From Centroscyllium fabricii (lineage: Eukaryota): a stretch of DNA of 64,000 bases. Of this stretch, positions 63,162-64,000 are shown in pieces. The number at the start of each line of letters is the position of its first letter. Position 1 is the first letter of the stretch. The stretch covers positions 70,928,001 to 70,992,000 of the forward strand of contig JBNRSN020000026.1 of NCBI GenBank assembly GCA_051313645.2. The letters are read 5' to 3'. A program made the position numbers and the translations under genes. The notes under the pieces were generated by a model, which had not been told where the DNA came from, did not search any database, and saw nothing but the letters and a program-made list of their open reading frames with translations.

Positions 63162-64000
63162 AGACTTTCCAAAGACATGTTTCGTACAGACTGGGAACAA
63201 AGAATATTTATTTAAAAGACCGCCTATTTTTTTTTTTAAATTATATTTTAACTTATTATCTTGTTGTAATATCGCGATTGGGTGCAAGGTGACTGATGGA
63301 GGACAAGGACTGTCTTGATATTGATCCATGTTGGATCATTTATTTGAATTTATTGATGGTTATTGCTGTGACAGTTGCCTGTGATGAAATGTTAGAGCTT
63401 TGACTGGGGCGAGTCTGAGGAAAATCCTGTCTCTGTCCCTTCCTTCAGGGACTGGCAGCTGCGACAGTGAAAAGTTTCATCTCAGGTTCGCTCTGTGGGA
63501 CACCTTATTCCACTCGCTGCTTTCCCAGTGTCGGCTCTCTGGACTGACCCACCCGGCTGAAGCTACCTTTTGTCCCTCATTTCATCAGAATTGAGTCAAG
63601 TTTATTGCTGGACACAATAAAATGTTGCAGATTTTTCATAACGTGTAAAGTCAAAAATGAGAAGAGGTAACGGAAGATGTCTCAATGACATGTTTAACAC
63701 AGACTGAGAACAATGAGCTATTTTAAAGACCTCGAATTTTAAAATGTATATATTTTAATATCTGTAACGTATTGCTAATTTTAGACTGTTGTCAGCTTGG
63801 CTCAGAGGTAATACTCTAAGTCAGAAGGTTCTGGCTCCAAACCCCACTCCCAAATGAAATCTTTTATTTCCATTCAACTTTATGAGGCTCCTTATTCCAG
63901 TCGCTGAACTTCCAGTGACAACTCTCTGCACTGGGAATGCCCGGCCAATACTCAGCTCTGTCACTGGCTTTCATGGCACTGATTGGCTCTCGATGGTCGG

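Larger units (their letters stand above)
10455..64000 (+). repeat. Tandem array of ~11-12 kb type I interferon gene units (5 genes in window)
   Basis: Gene ATGs at 14898, 26062, 37575, 49605 and 60868. Intergenic blocks (Deu-SINE, L2/CR1, distal promoter) recur in the same order. Homology with the other units starts at ~10455 (gttgtaagcattattttaaatttcag). Confidence 0.95.

Overview
Vertebrate genomic DNA, most likely from a shark or other cartilaginous fish (inferred from HE1/V-SINE-like, Deu-domain SINE, CR1 and Penelope-type repeats). Positions ~10450-64000 are a tandem array of ~11-12 kb units. Each unit carries one intact, spliced type I interferon gene (4 exons, 3 phase-0 introns, 186 aa, signal peptide, 4 mature Cys, CAWE motif), and five copies lie in the window. 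In four units the gene is preceded by an 'orphan' second copy of promoter plus exon 1. This copy keeps its ATG, GT donor, NF-kB and IRF motifs and has an extra upstream ISRE, but its own exon 2 has decayed. It is a candidate dual-promoter/alternative-first-exon system kept homogeneous by gene conversion. In unit 3 the orphan promoter has recombined directly onto the gene body. A ~34.8 kb higher-order duplication makes genes 2 and 5 encode the same protein. Positions 393-9952 are a non-autonomous Tf1/sushi-type LTR element with a self-priming signature, interrupted by a near-full-length Tx1-clade LINE. Unit-specific insertions include CR1s, a solo LTR, an HE1-like SINE and Penelope-type fragments with minimal hammerhead ribozyme cores. 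All coordinates and comparisons were read by eye; no database searches were run.
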